IMG/VR virus record: IMGVR_UViG_3300028393_001967 | Source: a virus | Length of the DNA: 64,000 nt | Reading direction: 5' to 3' (one strand) | Shown here: piece by piece, positions 27,362-37,700 of the stretch | How the letters are laid out: each line of letters opens with the position of its first letter | Position numbering within the stretch: the first letter of the stretch is position 1 | Program-made: the position numbers and the translations under genes | The notes under the pieces: model-generated | The model's input: the letters and a program-made list of their open reading frames with translations, nothing else | Database searches by the model: none | Told to the model about the DNA's origin: nothing

Positions 27362-28370
27362 ACGTATTGGTTTTGCGTGTAAGTGGATTGATCGTCCAGA
27401 TCAAGTTGACGGTGTTGGTGCTAACGACGATGCCAAACAATATACTACAGGCGGCACTACAATCACCTGGCTTGACAGACAAACTAAAGATGTTGCTGAA
27501 CAAAAACTCTGGGATCTTATGGTCCAAAACATTGAATCTGTTCGTAAGTTGGTTGAACGAGTTTCCACATTAGACCCACATTTGCGTATGGTGCGTATAA
27601 GCAGTGATATTCTACCTGCTTATACCCACGCTAATTGGAGTTATTTTTGGTTACGTCCAGATGTTATTGATTATCTCGAGCGTAACTTTGCAGTAGTGGG
27701 TGATATTGCTCGTGCCAATGATGTCAGGCTTAGTATGCATCCAGGCCAGTTTGTTGTTCTAGCAAGCGTCAATCCGGGTATTGTACAACGTTCAATAGAA
27801 GAATTTGAATACCACGCTAGTATGGCACGGTGGATGGGCTACGGTAAAACGTTTCAAGATTTTAAAATTAATGTACACATTTCTGGCAAGTTGGGTCCAG
27901 ATGGTATTCGTGCCGCATATGACCGACTTAGTAATGAAGCAAGAAATTGCATCACAATTGAAAATGAAGAAAATGCTTGGGGATTAGATGATTGTCTTTC
28001 TATTAGTGACTTGGTGCCTATCGTTTTGGATGTGCATCACAATTGGATCAAAACAGGCGATTACATTTCGCCCGTGGACGCTCGTGTCGATCGGGTTATT
28101 CAGTCTTGGCGTGGTATCCGGCCTACTATGCACTATTCTGTTAGCCGTGAAGATTACCTCGTGGGTCATGACACTATTGTAATGCCAGATCATTCTGCAT
28201 TACTTGCACAAGGCTACAAAAAACAAAAACTTAGGGCACACAGTGATTTTTATTGGAATAAATCTGTAAATGATTGGGCTTTATCATTTAATGATAAGTT
28301 TGATATTATGTGCGAATCTAAAGGAAAAAACATTGCCAGTTTTGCATTGGCCGATCAGTTAAAAAGATAA
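27354..28370 (+). CDS. uvsE: UV damage endonuclease
   Basis: RIGFAC, RISSDILP, RLSMHPGQF, IENEE, LDVHH, HYS, RAHSD, DIMCESK. Confidence 0.92.
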   Translation: MIKRIGFACKWIDRPDQVDGVGANDDAKQYTTGGTTITWLDRQTKDVAEQKLWDLMVQNIESVRKLVERVSTLDPHLRMVRISSDILPAYTHANWSYFWLRPDVIDYLERNFAVVGDIARANDVRLSMHPGQFVVLASVNPGIVQRSIEEFEYHASMARWMGYGKTFQDFKINVHISGKLGPDGIRAAYDRLSNEARNCITIENEENAWGLDDCLSISDLVPIVLDVHHNWIKTGDYISPVDARVDRVIQSWRGIRPTMHYSVSREDYLVGHDTIVMPDHSALLAQGYKKQKLRAHSDFYWNKSVNDWALSFNDKFDIMCESKGKNIASFALADQLKR

Positions 28371-28415
28371 ACAAGTATATTAATAAAAATATATTTAAAT
28401 TTAGGAAAGAACAGA

Positions 28416-29024
28416 ATGCACGATTCCGCATACAAAGCAGCAAAACTCTTTTTTGATACATACTGCGCCCGTTTAGGAAATATTTCAGTAGTTGAAATTG
28501 GATCACAAAATGTAAATGGTTCTTTGAAAGATCATATTACACCAAATGTTGTTGAATATGTTGGGGTGGATTTTGCAGCAGGCAACGGCGTGGATGTTGT
28601 ATTGTCAGATCCGTTTGTATATCCTTTTGCAGATAACACATTTGATGTGTTAATAACATCGTCGTGTTTTGAACATTCTTCAATGTTTTGGTTAACATTT
28701 ATGGAATGTTTACGTATTTTAAAACCAACAGGTATAATGTATTGCAGCGCACCATCAGTTTGGCCATACCATGCTTGGCCCGTTGATTGTTGGAGATTTA
28801 ATCCTGATGCAGGCCAAGGTTTAGAAACTTGGGGACGATATAATAAAATTCCTGTAAAAATGCTAGAAACATATATCTATAATGCCAATGTAAACGAGGG
28901 AGGCTGGGTTGATTGGAATTCTGTTTTTATCAAAGATCAAGCCTACGAAAATTTACACCCATCTAGAATGCTAACCAAATTAGTTAATGATACTAGAGTT
29001 TCTTTTCCAAAAATTAATCAATGA
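28416..29024 (+). CDS. Class I SAM-dependent methyltransferase
   Basis: VEIGS, GVD, FDV..SSCFEH, RILKPTG. Confidence 0.85.
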   Translation: MHDSAYKAAKLFFDTYCARLGNISVVEIGSQNVNGSLKDHITPNVVEYVGVDFAAGNGVDVVLSDPFVYPFADNTFDVLITSSCFEHSSMFWLTFMECLRILKPTGIMYCSAPSVWPYHAWPVDCWRFNPDAGQGLETWGRYNKIPVKMLETYIYNANVNEGGWVDWNSVFIKDQAYENLHPSRMLTKLVNDTRVSFPKINQ

Positions 29025-32000
29025 ATATAAAAATTAATTTGCCTAAAATAGCAATATTTTATCATTTGGGCCAATTGGGAAATTGGGAGGAACTGTATTT
29101 AGAGCATATGAATCTTCTCGTTGCCAACGGATTGTATGATGCTTGTGAATTTATTCACATAGGCATCAATGGCAATTTACCATTACCAAAAGTTTTTAAT
29201 AAATCGAGAATTAAATATAATTCAGATCATGTGTTGGAAGCCAACACCTTAGAATCTTTGTGGAATTTTAGCCAAGAAAATCGTGATTATAAGATTTTGT
29301 TTTTTCATAGCAAGGGTGTTACACACGGTATAAATTCTCCTTTTAACGATAATGTTATTGCTTGGAGAAAATATTTAGAATATTTTAATATAGTAAACTG
29401 GAAAGATAGTGTACAATATCTCAATGAATACGATTGTACAAGTGTAGAATTGCTGGATACGTCTTACCACAACGATATTGTAATACCTGGATTATTTTAC
29501 GCAGGCAATTTTTGGTGGGCAAATAGCCAGTATATTTCTACATTAGATACAAACTTTTTATACGACAACACTAACGGTCTAGCACGGTGGCAAAGTGAGA
29601 AATGGATAGGGACTGGTAATCCCCGCGCTCATTCACAATTTAATTTTAATTGCGTAGAATATTACAATTTTAATTACCCAAAAGAATTTTATATAAAACA
29701 AGAAATGACAGATAATCAAACAATACAAACTAACTGTGAAGATAAAATTGTAGAAATACTTAATAAATTTCAAATTAATGGTTGGGGAAATAATTTAGAA
29801 AACGGCACAGATAAAGCAGACTGGCATTCTTATGATAAACTATATGGGAAATATCTTAACAATTATATAGATAAGAAAGGCACGCTACTGGAGATTGGCG
29901 TTTGGGGTGGTGGATCTTCAGTTTTATGGAGTAATTTACTACCTAATTTTGATTTTTGTTTAGTTGATATAGAAAATAAATTATCTATTAAAAATAGACA
30001 AAATTTAGATTTTACCAAAACTAGATATATTATCACTGATGCATATCACATAGAAGTAAAAAATCAAATTAAAGATTTATATCCCCAAGGATTTGATGTT
30101 ATTATTGATGACGGGCCACATACAGTGGAAAGTCAAATAAAATGTGTTGAATTATATTTAGATACGCTGACTGACAATGGTGTTTTAATTATTGAAGATA
30201 TTACAAGTACTGAAAATCTTCAACTTATTATAAACTCTATACCTAAAAATTACGATTATGTTGTAGAAGATTATAGGCACCTCAAAGGCCGATTTGATGA
30301 TTTGGCAATAGTTATTAAGAAAAAAACATTGAGCAAAAAACCTAAAATTGTAATGAATACAATGTTTAGGAACGAAGCAACTGTTATAAAAAGAATGCTC
30401 GAATCTTGCTACAAATATATAGACTATTATGTAATACAAAATAATGGTTCAACTGACGGTACCGACGAAATTGTTCGAGAATTCTTTGCTGATAAAAATA
30501 TTCCTGGTATATTATACAATGTTGAAGAGGGTTGGCAAGGATTTGGATGGAACCGAGATCATTTGATGCAGTACACACAAAATACCAATCATGGGTGTGA
30601 TTGGATCTTAAAAATGGACTGTGACGAAGTATTAGAGGTTGACGAAGACATGGATTGGACACCATTTGAAGATTTGTCAATCCATTCTTTCCATATTACT
30701 GCTATTACAGGTAGCTCAATTTATTATCGTGCTTGGATGTGGAATGCACATATGCCCTGGAGATTTAACCACGATCCCTGTCACGAAACAAGCTATTGCC
30801 CTATTGAAGGTATTGGCGAAAATTTTCAAAGATATGATTTACCTAATAAAATTAGACAAATTGGATTTCCACAAGGACAAAGTTGGAGCAACCCTACTAA
30901 ATTTATTAGCGATGCATTGATTCTTGAAGAAAAGATGATCAAGGAAAATTCTATATTAACTGACTTGTATCACTTTTGGTATATTGGCAAGAGTTATCAT
31001 GATGCTCGTCAAGGATCGTTTCCTCTAGGTAGTTCACAACAGATAGAATTTTCTAGACGTTGTATCTATTATTTTACTGAATATTTGAACACCACTCACG
31101 ATTTTAGTAATACCAAAACTGCTAACGGTATTCACGAAATGGCCTATATGGCATTGATATTTTTAAGCTCTGATCAAAAGTTTATTGGCGATATTGATAG
31201 TGCTATTGAAAATTTAATATTAAGCGAACAATTTGCGCCTGAGCGCAATGATCATTTAGTTGCGTTGGCAGAGATTTATAATCAACAACAACAATATGAT
31301 AAGATGCTAGAAATTACAACTAGATTAGTTGATCCAAATAGAAAGAATCCGTTTCCTACATACCATCTAATGATTAATTCTAACGCTTATGTTGACACTG
31401 GAAATTATGTGCAATCACTCCATGATATTGCAAAATCAAACTTACCACAAAAATTAAATCCATTTATGATTAATACACAATTAGATAAAAAATTGTTTGT
31501 AGTAGACAACTTTTATTCAAATCCAGATCAGATTAGAGAATTTGCTTTGAATGTAGAATTTAAGGAAGATATTAAATGGTACAAGGGAAAGAGATCTACG
31601 CAGCATTACCATCCACCAGGCATTGTGGAAGCATTTGAAAATATTATAGGACAAAAAATTGTTAAATTTGATCAATCTATGCCTAACGGTTGTTTTCAAA
31701 TAACCACAGCAAATGACCCACAAGTTTATCATCACGATTTACAAAAGTGGGCTGCTATGATTTATTTGACACCTAATGCTCCTATTGAAAGCGGAACAAG
31801 ATTAATGCGTTCAAAAATCAATCAAGCCGCACATATGAATGATCCAAATATCAATGATGCATTTAGTGGGGGATTTTTAGATGCTACAAAATTTGAAGTT
31901 GTGGCGGACGCAGGAAACCTGTATAATAGACTTGTTATAATGGATGCACAAAACATTCATTCAGCAGGAACTTACTTTGGACAAAACAACGACACTGGTC

Positions 32001-32029
32001 GTCTAACTCACTTATTCTTCTTTGATTAA
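29021..32029 (+). CDS. Multidomain: GT-like + methyltransferase + GT2/TPR + 2OG-Fe(II) oxygenase
   Basis: FHSKG..NFWWA; LEIGVWGGGS/DVIIDDGPH; NEA..DCDE; VVDNFY..HHD..MIYL..NRLV..HS..RL. Confidence 0.8.
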   Translation: MNIKINLPKIAIFYHLGQLGNWEELYLEHMNLLVANGLYDACEFIHIGINGNLPLPKVFNKSRIKYNSDHVLEANTLESLWNFSQENRDYKILFFHSKGVTHGINSPFNDNVIAWRKYLEYFNIVNWKDSVQYLNEYDCTSVELLDTSYHNDIVIPGLFYAGNFWWANSQYISTLDTNFLYDNTNGLARWQSEKWIGTGNPRAHSQFNFNCVEYYNFNYPKEFYIKQEMTDNQTIQTNCEDKIVEILNKFQINGWGNNLENGTDKADWHSYDKLYGKYLNNYIDKKGTLLEIGVWGGGSSVLWSNLLPNFDFCLVDIENKLSIKNRQNLDFTKTRYIITDAYHIEVKNQIKDLYPQGFDVIIDDGPHTVESQIKCVELYLDTLTDNGVLIIEDITSTENLQLIINSIPKNYDYVVEDYRHLKGRFDDLAIVIKKKTLSKKPKIVMNTMFRNEATVIKRMLESCYKYIDYYVIQNNGSTDGTDEIVREFFADKNIPGILYNVEEGWQGFGWNRDHLMQYTQNTNHGCDWILKMDCDEVLEVDEDMDWTPFEDLSIHSFHITAITGSSIYYRAWMWNAHMPWRFNHDPCHETSYCPIEGIGENFQRYDLPNKIRQIGFPQGQSWSNPTKFISDALILEEKMIKENSILTDLYHFWYIGKSYHDARQGSFPLGSSQQIEFSRRCIYYFTEYLNTTHDFSNTKTANGIHEMAYMALIFLSSDQKFIGDIDSAIENLILSEQFAPERNDHLVALAEIYNQQQQYDKMLEITTRLVDPNRKNPFPTYHLMINSNAYVDTGNYVQSLHDIAKSNLPQKLNPFMINTQLDKKLFVVDNFYSNPDQIREFALNVEFKEDIKWYKGKRSTQHYHPPGIVEAFENIIGQKIVKFDQSMPNGCFQITTANDPQVYHHDLQKWAAMIYLTPNAPIESGTRLMRSKINQAAHMNDPNINDAFSGGFLDATKFEVVADAGNLYNRLVIMDAQNIHSAGTYFGQNNDTGRLTHLFFFD

Positions 32030-32030
32030 A

Positions 32031-33302
32031 ATGAAACAATTAAAATATAGCATTATCACAGGCGAGCATAGTCCTGAAAACATTCCGTTTTTAATAGAAC
32101 TGTATGATTCTCTACTAGCACAAACTTACAATAACTGGGAATGGATTATTTTAACTAATAACAAATGTCTCCCTGCACATATTCCAGAAACAATACGCAG
32201 CAATAATAAAGTTAAGGTAGTTGATACTAGAATTCCAATTAAAAATATTGGTATGGCTAAAAAAATGGCTTGTTTGGAGGCCACTGGCGATGTTTTAGTT
32301 GAAGTTGATCACGACGATATGTTAACACCTGATTGTTTGGCAGAATTAAACATAGCGTACCAAGATGATGAAGTTGGGTTCGTCTATAGTGACAATGCCA
32401 CGCTAGACATGAATAAAGATTTTATACCATATATTAAAGAAAATGGATGGACTTACACCAAATATAATTTTAGAGATCGTGAATTATATTCTATGAATAG
32501 TTTTAAACCAACAAGTCAAAGTTTTTGTTATATTTGGTTTGCCCCCGATCACGTTAGATCTTGGAGAACAACTGCCTATTTTGAAGCTGGCGGATATGAT
32601 GAAAACGCATTTGTCTGTGAAGATCACGACTTATGTATTAGGACATACTTAATAACTAAAACTGTCCATATTCCCAAGGTATTGTACATTTATCGAGTTA
32701 CAGGTGTTAATACATCTATGACAGAACGTAACGCAGAAATCCAAGTTAGAACCAAAGAACTGTTTAATCAATACGCTCGCAAATTGGCCGAGCGTGATGC
32801 AGATCTAAAGGGCCTAATGAAAGTAGATATTGGAGGAGGGTTAAATCCATATCCTGAATATTTCTCTATTGATTTACGAGATACTGCGGATATGAAAGCA
32901 GACTTGAATGACGGGATTCCGTTACCTGACAATTCAGTTGGAGTACTGAACGCTAGTCACATTATTGAACATTTGTACGACAAAACTAAAATTATGAGTG
33001 AAATACATCGTGTATTGGCACACGGCGGGTGGGCATTCATTGAAGTACCTAGTACAGATGGTCGTGGAGCATTCCAAGATCCCACGCACGTTAGCTATTG
33101 GAATGAAAATTGCTTCTTATATTATACAGATGCATATATGGCTAATTTTATTGACAATACCACAATTAGATTCCAAGAATATCGAAGAGAAACTTATTTT
33201 CCCAACGAATGGATGGAGAATATGAAAAGCTGTGTAACTAGTGCTTGGTTAGTAGCAATTAAAGATGATGGAGAAAGATTTCCAGGATCGTTAAAAATTT
33301 AA
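32031..33302 (+). CDS. GT2 glycosyltransferase fused to methyltransferase
   Basis: QTYNNWEW, VDHDD, EDHDL; DIGGG, SHIIEH, QDPTH. Confidence 0.85.
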   Translation: MKQLKYSIITGEHSPENIPFLIELYDSLLAQTYNNWEWIILTNNKCLPAHIPETIRSNNKVKVVDTRIPIKNIGMAKKMACLEATGDVLVEVDHDDMLTPDCLAELNIAYQDDEVGFVYSDNATLDMNKDFIPYIKENGWTYTKYNFRDRELYSMNSFKPTSQSFCYIWFAPDHVRSWRTTAYFEAGGYDENAFVCEDHDLCIRTYLITKTVHIPKVLYIYRVTGVNTSMTERNAEIQVRTKELFNQYARKLAERDADLKGLMKVDIGGGLNPYPEYFSIDLRDTADMKADLNDGIPLPDNSVGVLNASHIIEHLYDKTKIMSEIHRVLAHGGWAFIEVPSTDGRGAFQDPTHVSYWNENCFLYYTDAYMANFIDNTTIRFQEYRRETYFPNEWMENMKSCVTSAWLVAIKDDGERFPGSLKI

Positions 33303-33303
33303 T

Positions 33304-33338
33304 CAAAACAAAGCCCCATTAACTGGGGCTTTGTTTTG
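33304..33338. terminator. Bidirectional intrinsic terminator
   Basis: CAAAACAAAGCCCCA-TTAAC-TGGGGCTTTGTTTTG between convergent genes. Confidence 0.9.
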
Positions 33339-33349
33339 AGCGTAATCAA

Positions 33350-33730
33350 TTAAGATTTTTTAGCACGTGGCTTTTTAGCAGCAGGTGTTGCTTTAGTTGC
33401 CGCAGGTACTTTAGTAGATTTAGCAGCCGAAGCCTTAACAACTTTAGCAGCCTTAACTGGTTTAGCAACAGGTTCTGCTTTAGGGGCACGTGGTTTACGT
33501 GGTTTTTTGGCAGGTGCCACTTCAACAACTGGATCAGGAGTTGCTTCAACAACTGGTGCAATTTCAACAACTGGAGTTGCTTCTACTACAGGTTCAGGTG
33601 TTTCAACAACTACTGGAGCAGGCTCAGGAACTTTGTAAGGTGCAGGTGTTTGTTCAACAACTGTCTTCTTACGAGATACCAAATACCAACTTACAAGCGC
33701 GATAAAAATAAGACCAACAATAAATTCCAT
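33350..33730 (-). CDS. Membrane-anchored Pro/Val/Glu then Lys/Ala-rich protein
   Basis: MEFIVGLIF.. TM, PVVE repeats, histone H1-like tail; AAGGA RBS. Confidence 0.75.
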   Translation of the reverse strand: MEFIVGLIFIALVSWYLVSRKKTVVEQTPAPYKVPEPAPVVVETPEPVVEATPVVEIAPVVEATPDPVVEVAPAKKPRKPRAPKAEPVAKPVKAAKVVKASAAKSTKVPAATKATPAAKKPRAKKS

Positions 33731-33797
33731 GATATGGATTCCTTTTAAAATGTACATATATTTAACTACCGATAAATATCTATATGCAAAAACTGAA

Positions 33798-33897
33798 GTC
33801 AAGTGCCAATTTACCTTTAAACCACATTGGCTGTATTGCGCAAAGACAGGGAAAGTTCGCAATTAGGGGTCCTTGGATGCCCTGTTAACCACTTGAC
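33798..33897 (+). ncRNA. Candidate multibranch structured RNA upstream of SOD
   Basis: Closing stem GTCAAGTG/CACTTGAC enclosing GCCAAT/ATTGGC, ATTGCG/CGCAAT, AGGG..GTCC/GGAT..CCCT. Confidence 0.45.
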
Positions 33898-33909
33898 ACT
33901 AATATTTAT

Positions 33910-34461
33910 ATGTACAATTTTATCAAATTATTAAACGAGTCGACTCCAAAAAAGAAATTGGTACAAGTGTCGTTGCCATATCCCAAAGGCGGTTTAGGTC
34001 GCAGTCAAAGTAAACAAACTATTGAATATCATTTTGGTCAATTATACAAAGGATATGTAGACAGATTTAATGCGGGCGAAGGTGATGCAGATTTTAACGA
34101 AGCAGGTGCCTTTTTACACAGCATATATTTTCCACAATTAAGACCTCCTAAAGGAAATAACAAACCTACAGGTACAATTTTAGAATTTATCGATAAAAAT
34201 TTCAAAAGTTGGGATAAATTCAAAGATGATTTTAAAGATGTTGCAATGAAAATACAGGGCAGCGGATGGGTTTATTTGAGTACAGATGGCAAAATCAAAA
34301 CTATTGTTAATCACGAAATCAAAAATGATATACTGATATTAGTAGATTGGTGGGAACACGCCTGGGCACTAGATTATCAAAGCCACAAGGAAAAATATTT
34401 GGAAAATATTTGGAAAATTATGGATTGGGATAGAATAAACGTAAAAATGGAAAGCGTTTAA
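33910..34461 (+). CDS. Fe/Mn superoxide dismutase
   Basis: LPY, EYH, LHSIYF, GSGW, DWWEHA (four metal ligands). Confidence 0.9.
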   Translation: MYNFIKLLNESTPKKKLVQVSLPYPKGGLGRSQSKQTIEYHFGQLYKGYVDRFNAGEGDADFNEAGAFLHSIYFPQLRPPKGNNKPTGTILEFIDKNFKSWDKFKDDFKDVAMKIQGSGWVYLSTDGKIKTIVNHEIKNDILILVDWWEHAWALDYQSHKEKYLENIWKIMDWDRINVKMESV

Positions 34462-34493
34462 AGATACAAATTAACATCATAAATGGAGGATGT

Positions 34494-34718
34494 ATGTCCA
34501 ACAACAATGTCGAAGCCGTCGTAACAATTGAAGAATACGATGAGGAAAATGATTACGGTCCTGATGATTTTGGATTTGTATTGGGACCAGATGGGGAATT
34601 AAAAAGTTTTATGATTCCCGAACATTTGATGGAAGACCCCCCAGAAGAAGTATTAATGATTTTAAGTATATTTGGCATAGATAATATACATGAATTAGAA
34701 AACAAAACTCTACATTAA
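34494..34718 (+). CDS. Hypothetical acidic protein
   Basis: GGAGG RBS. Confidence 0.7.
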   Translation: MSNNNVEAVVTIEEYDEENDYGPDDFGFVLGPDGELKSFMIPEHLMEDPPEEVLMILSIFGIDNIHELENKTLH

Positions 34719-34773
34719 ATTCAGTAAGTTCTTTAGGTAAATACATCTATACCTATGGAACACCATTTGAAAA

Positions 34774-37700
34774 ATGTCTAATTCAGAAACAACTAAGGCC
34801 GTACCGTCTTCATTAAAAAAAATAGACCTAGTAGATAATGCAACGGGATTGATGCCCACAGCAATACCATCTGCAGGAACAGTGACCCCGCCACAGATTG
34901 CTACTGCCTATGGGATACCTGCAAGTGATGGTGCAGGAATCAAAGTTGCCATTATTAGCTTAGGGGGCGGCTTCCTACAAAGTGATCTTAATAAATCATT
35001 TGCAGATTTACGAACTGCTGGACTTATTAATTCAACAGTTGTTGCTCCAACCATTAAACAGGTGTTAGTAGATGGCAGTAGTGGAAATTTTTATAGTAAT
35101 ATAAATTACAGCGGAGAAAATACCGTAGATATCTTTTGCGTGGCTACCATGGTGCCAGCTGCTGATATTACAATTTATATAGGACAGAATAGCTACATTG
35201 GGTGGCGAAATGTAGTTGCCCGTGCAATCAGCGACGGAAATCACATACTTACTATTAGCTGGTGTACAACTGATGCTACGTTTTTAGAATCTACACTTGC
35301 CACGGCGGCTGAAAATAAAATTGCAGTATGTGTAGCTTCTGGCGATTGGGGATCAACACTTGATGGATATCCAACATTAGAGACGATGTATCCAGCTTCA
35401 AGCCCTAACGCAATATCCATTGGCGGCACACATTTATATTTGAATCCAGATAATACTCGAGCAAATGAAACAGATGATAATAGAGATCCCAGTTTTGGTA
35501 ACGGCTGGGGCGGTGGTGGTGGTGTTAGTGCATTATTTTCACGACCTAGTTGGCAAGCTGGATTATATTATACACCTATTATTAACGGCGTAACTGGCAA
35601 TCCAACCGTTTTATCAATGCGTGGTGTGCCAGATATTTCTGCACCAATGAATGCATATTCTTTGTATTTTAATGGCAGTGTGACAGGATACGGGGGGACT
35701 AGTTTAGCAAGCCCCACAGTTGCAGGTATACTTGCCCGTATGCAAAAATTAACAGGAATACAGCGATCCAGTGCTGAATATAATGCGATATTCTATGCTA
35801 GTACTGGATCGTTCTTTGATATTACTGTAGGAACAAACAACGATCAAATTACTAGTGGATATGCTGGTACAGCAGGTTGGGACGCCGTCACCGGGTTAGG
35901 TCCTCCCATTGGTACAAGTTTACTAGATAGTTTAACCCCACCAATATCTTATCCCGTAGACCAAACTGTATTAATTAACTCTACTAATAATTTAATCACT
36001 ACTAATATTACTGGTGTATATACATCTATTTCTACAACCAATCCTTCAAACGGTACAATATCAGTTTCATTAGGCAAACATCTTTACTATACTCCAGACT
36101 TAAATTTTTCAGGTTTTGATAATTTTACTTATTCGGCAGTTAGTCCAGCAGGAAATTCATCTTTTAGTAACATATTAATACGTGTAGTATCCCCTACACC
36201 AGAAGTCCCAGTTACATTAACTTCAGAAGTAACGGTATTATCAAATTCAAGTAACAATATTATACAATTAAGATCTATCAATAATCCAACATCGTTTAAT
36301 ATTGTGTCTGCGCCCAACTACGGCATTGCTACAATTTTAGGCCAAGAATTAGTATATACACCGCGGTATAGTTATTACGGGGCAGACTATCTACAATTTA
36401 CTGCATCTAATTCTTATGGAACTTCAAATATTAGCACAATATTAATAACAGTGCTTCCTGGAATTCCAACTACATCCATTTCAAGTCAAACTGTTGCATT
36501 TAATTCCTTCAATACTCCAATTAATTTAATTGTAGATGGAATTTATACAAACATTGGTATCAGTGTCTCCCCGTCACACGGTACAGTAAATATTTTTGGT
36601 ACAAACATATCTTATGTGCCAGATCCTCAATATCAAGGTTTTGATAGTTTTAAATATTATGTATCAAATGTTTCCGGACATTCAAACAGCTCTACAGTAT
36701 TTTTAAATGTTGCAGTTCCTGTAATTGTTGCATTACCAAGCTCAGGAGAATTAACAAAGGGAGTAGTTAATACATCATATCCGCCAATAACCTTATCTGC
36801 ATCTGGAGGGTTGGCCCCATACAGTACAGCAGTAATCAAAGGATCGTTACCCCCAGGAATTACATTAAATTCAAATGTTATAAGTGGTATTCCAACTAGG
36901 GCAGGTTTATATCAGTTTACTATTGCAATTACAGACAGTAATTCCCCCAATCATTTTACAGTATACAACAATTATACCCTATCAATTTACGCATCTGCAC
37001 ATACCAACAAATTTCAATGGTTTACAAATCCGGGTCTCTTAACTACCGCAACTAGTGGGGTATTCACCAGTACTATAGTGGAGGCCTCGGACATCAATGC
37101 CACATATAAATTATTAGCAGGTACATTGCCGCCAGGTCTTACATTTCAATCAAATGGATATATTTCTGGAACGCCAACACCAGTAATTAATTTAGAAAGA
37201 CATAAATTTGTAGTTAGAGCATCTATTTTACAAACAATAATAGATAGTACGTTTATTATTGATGTTAATGCTGTAAGTGCCCCAATTTGGTCATATGGGA
37301 CTAATCCATTTGAATTAAGAACAGTTGACAATAATATTTTTATTGATCAAGAATATGTTAATATTCCATTAATTGCTACCCCACCTACAATTGCCCCTAC
37401 AAATTATCCAATTACTTATAAATTATCATCTAATTATAATACGTTACCTAGAGGATTAACTATATCATCAAATGGCGTTTTATCTGGATATTTGTCAACT
37501 GACACTAACCCAGGTACACTTGATAGATATACATTTTCAGTAACAGCTAGTAACAACAATTATTCCAGTACTCAAACATTTATTATGCAAGTGCAGAATG
37601 TATATAGCAATTTAAATCAAATTATTACTCCTATATTTGCAAATCCATCGTTTTTAGGCGTTTTTAGCGATCGAGAAAATCAATATATTCCAGTAACTGC

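Noticed and set aside
33784-33888. 34-aa ORF upstream of SOD
   Set aside because: No RBS and no recognisable features; extensive pairing suggests RNA structure instead.
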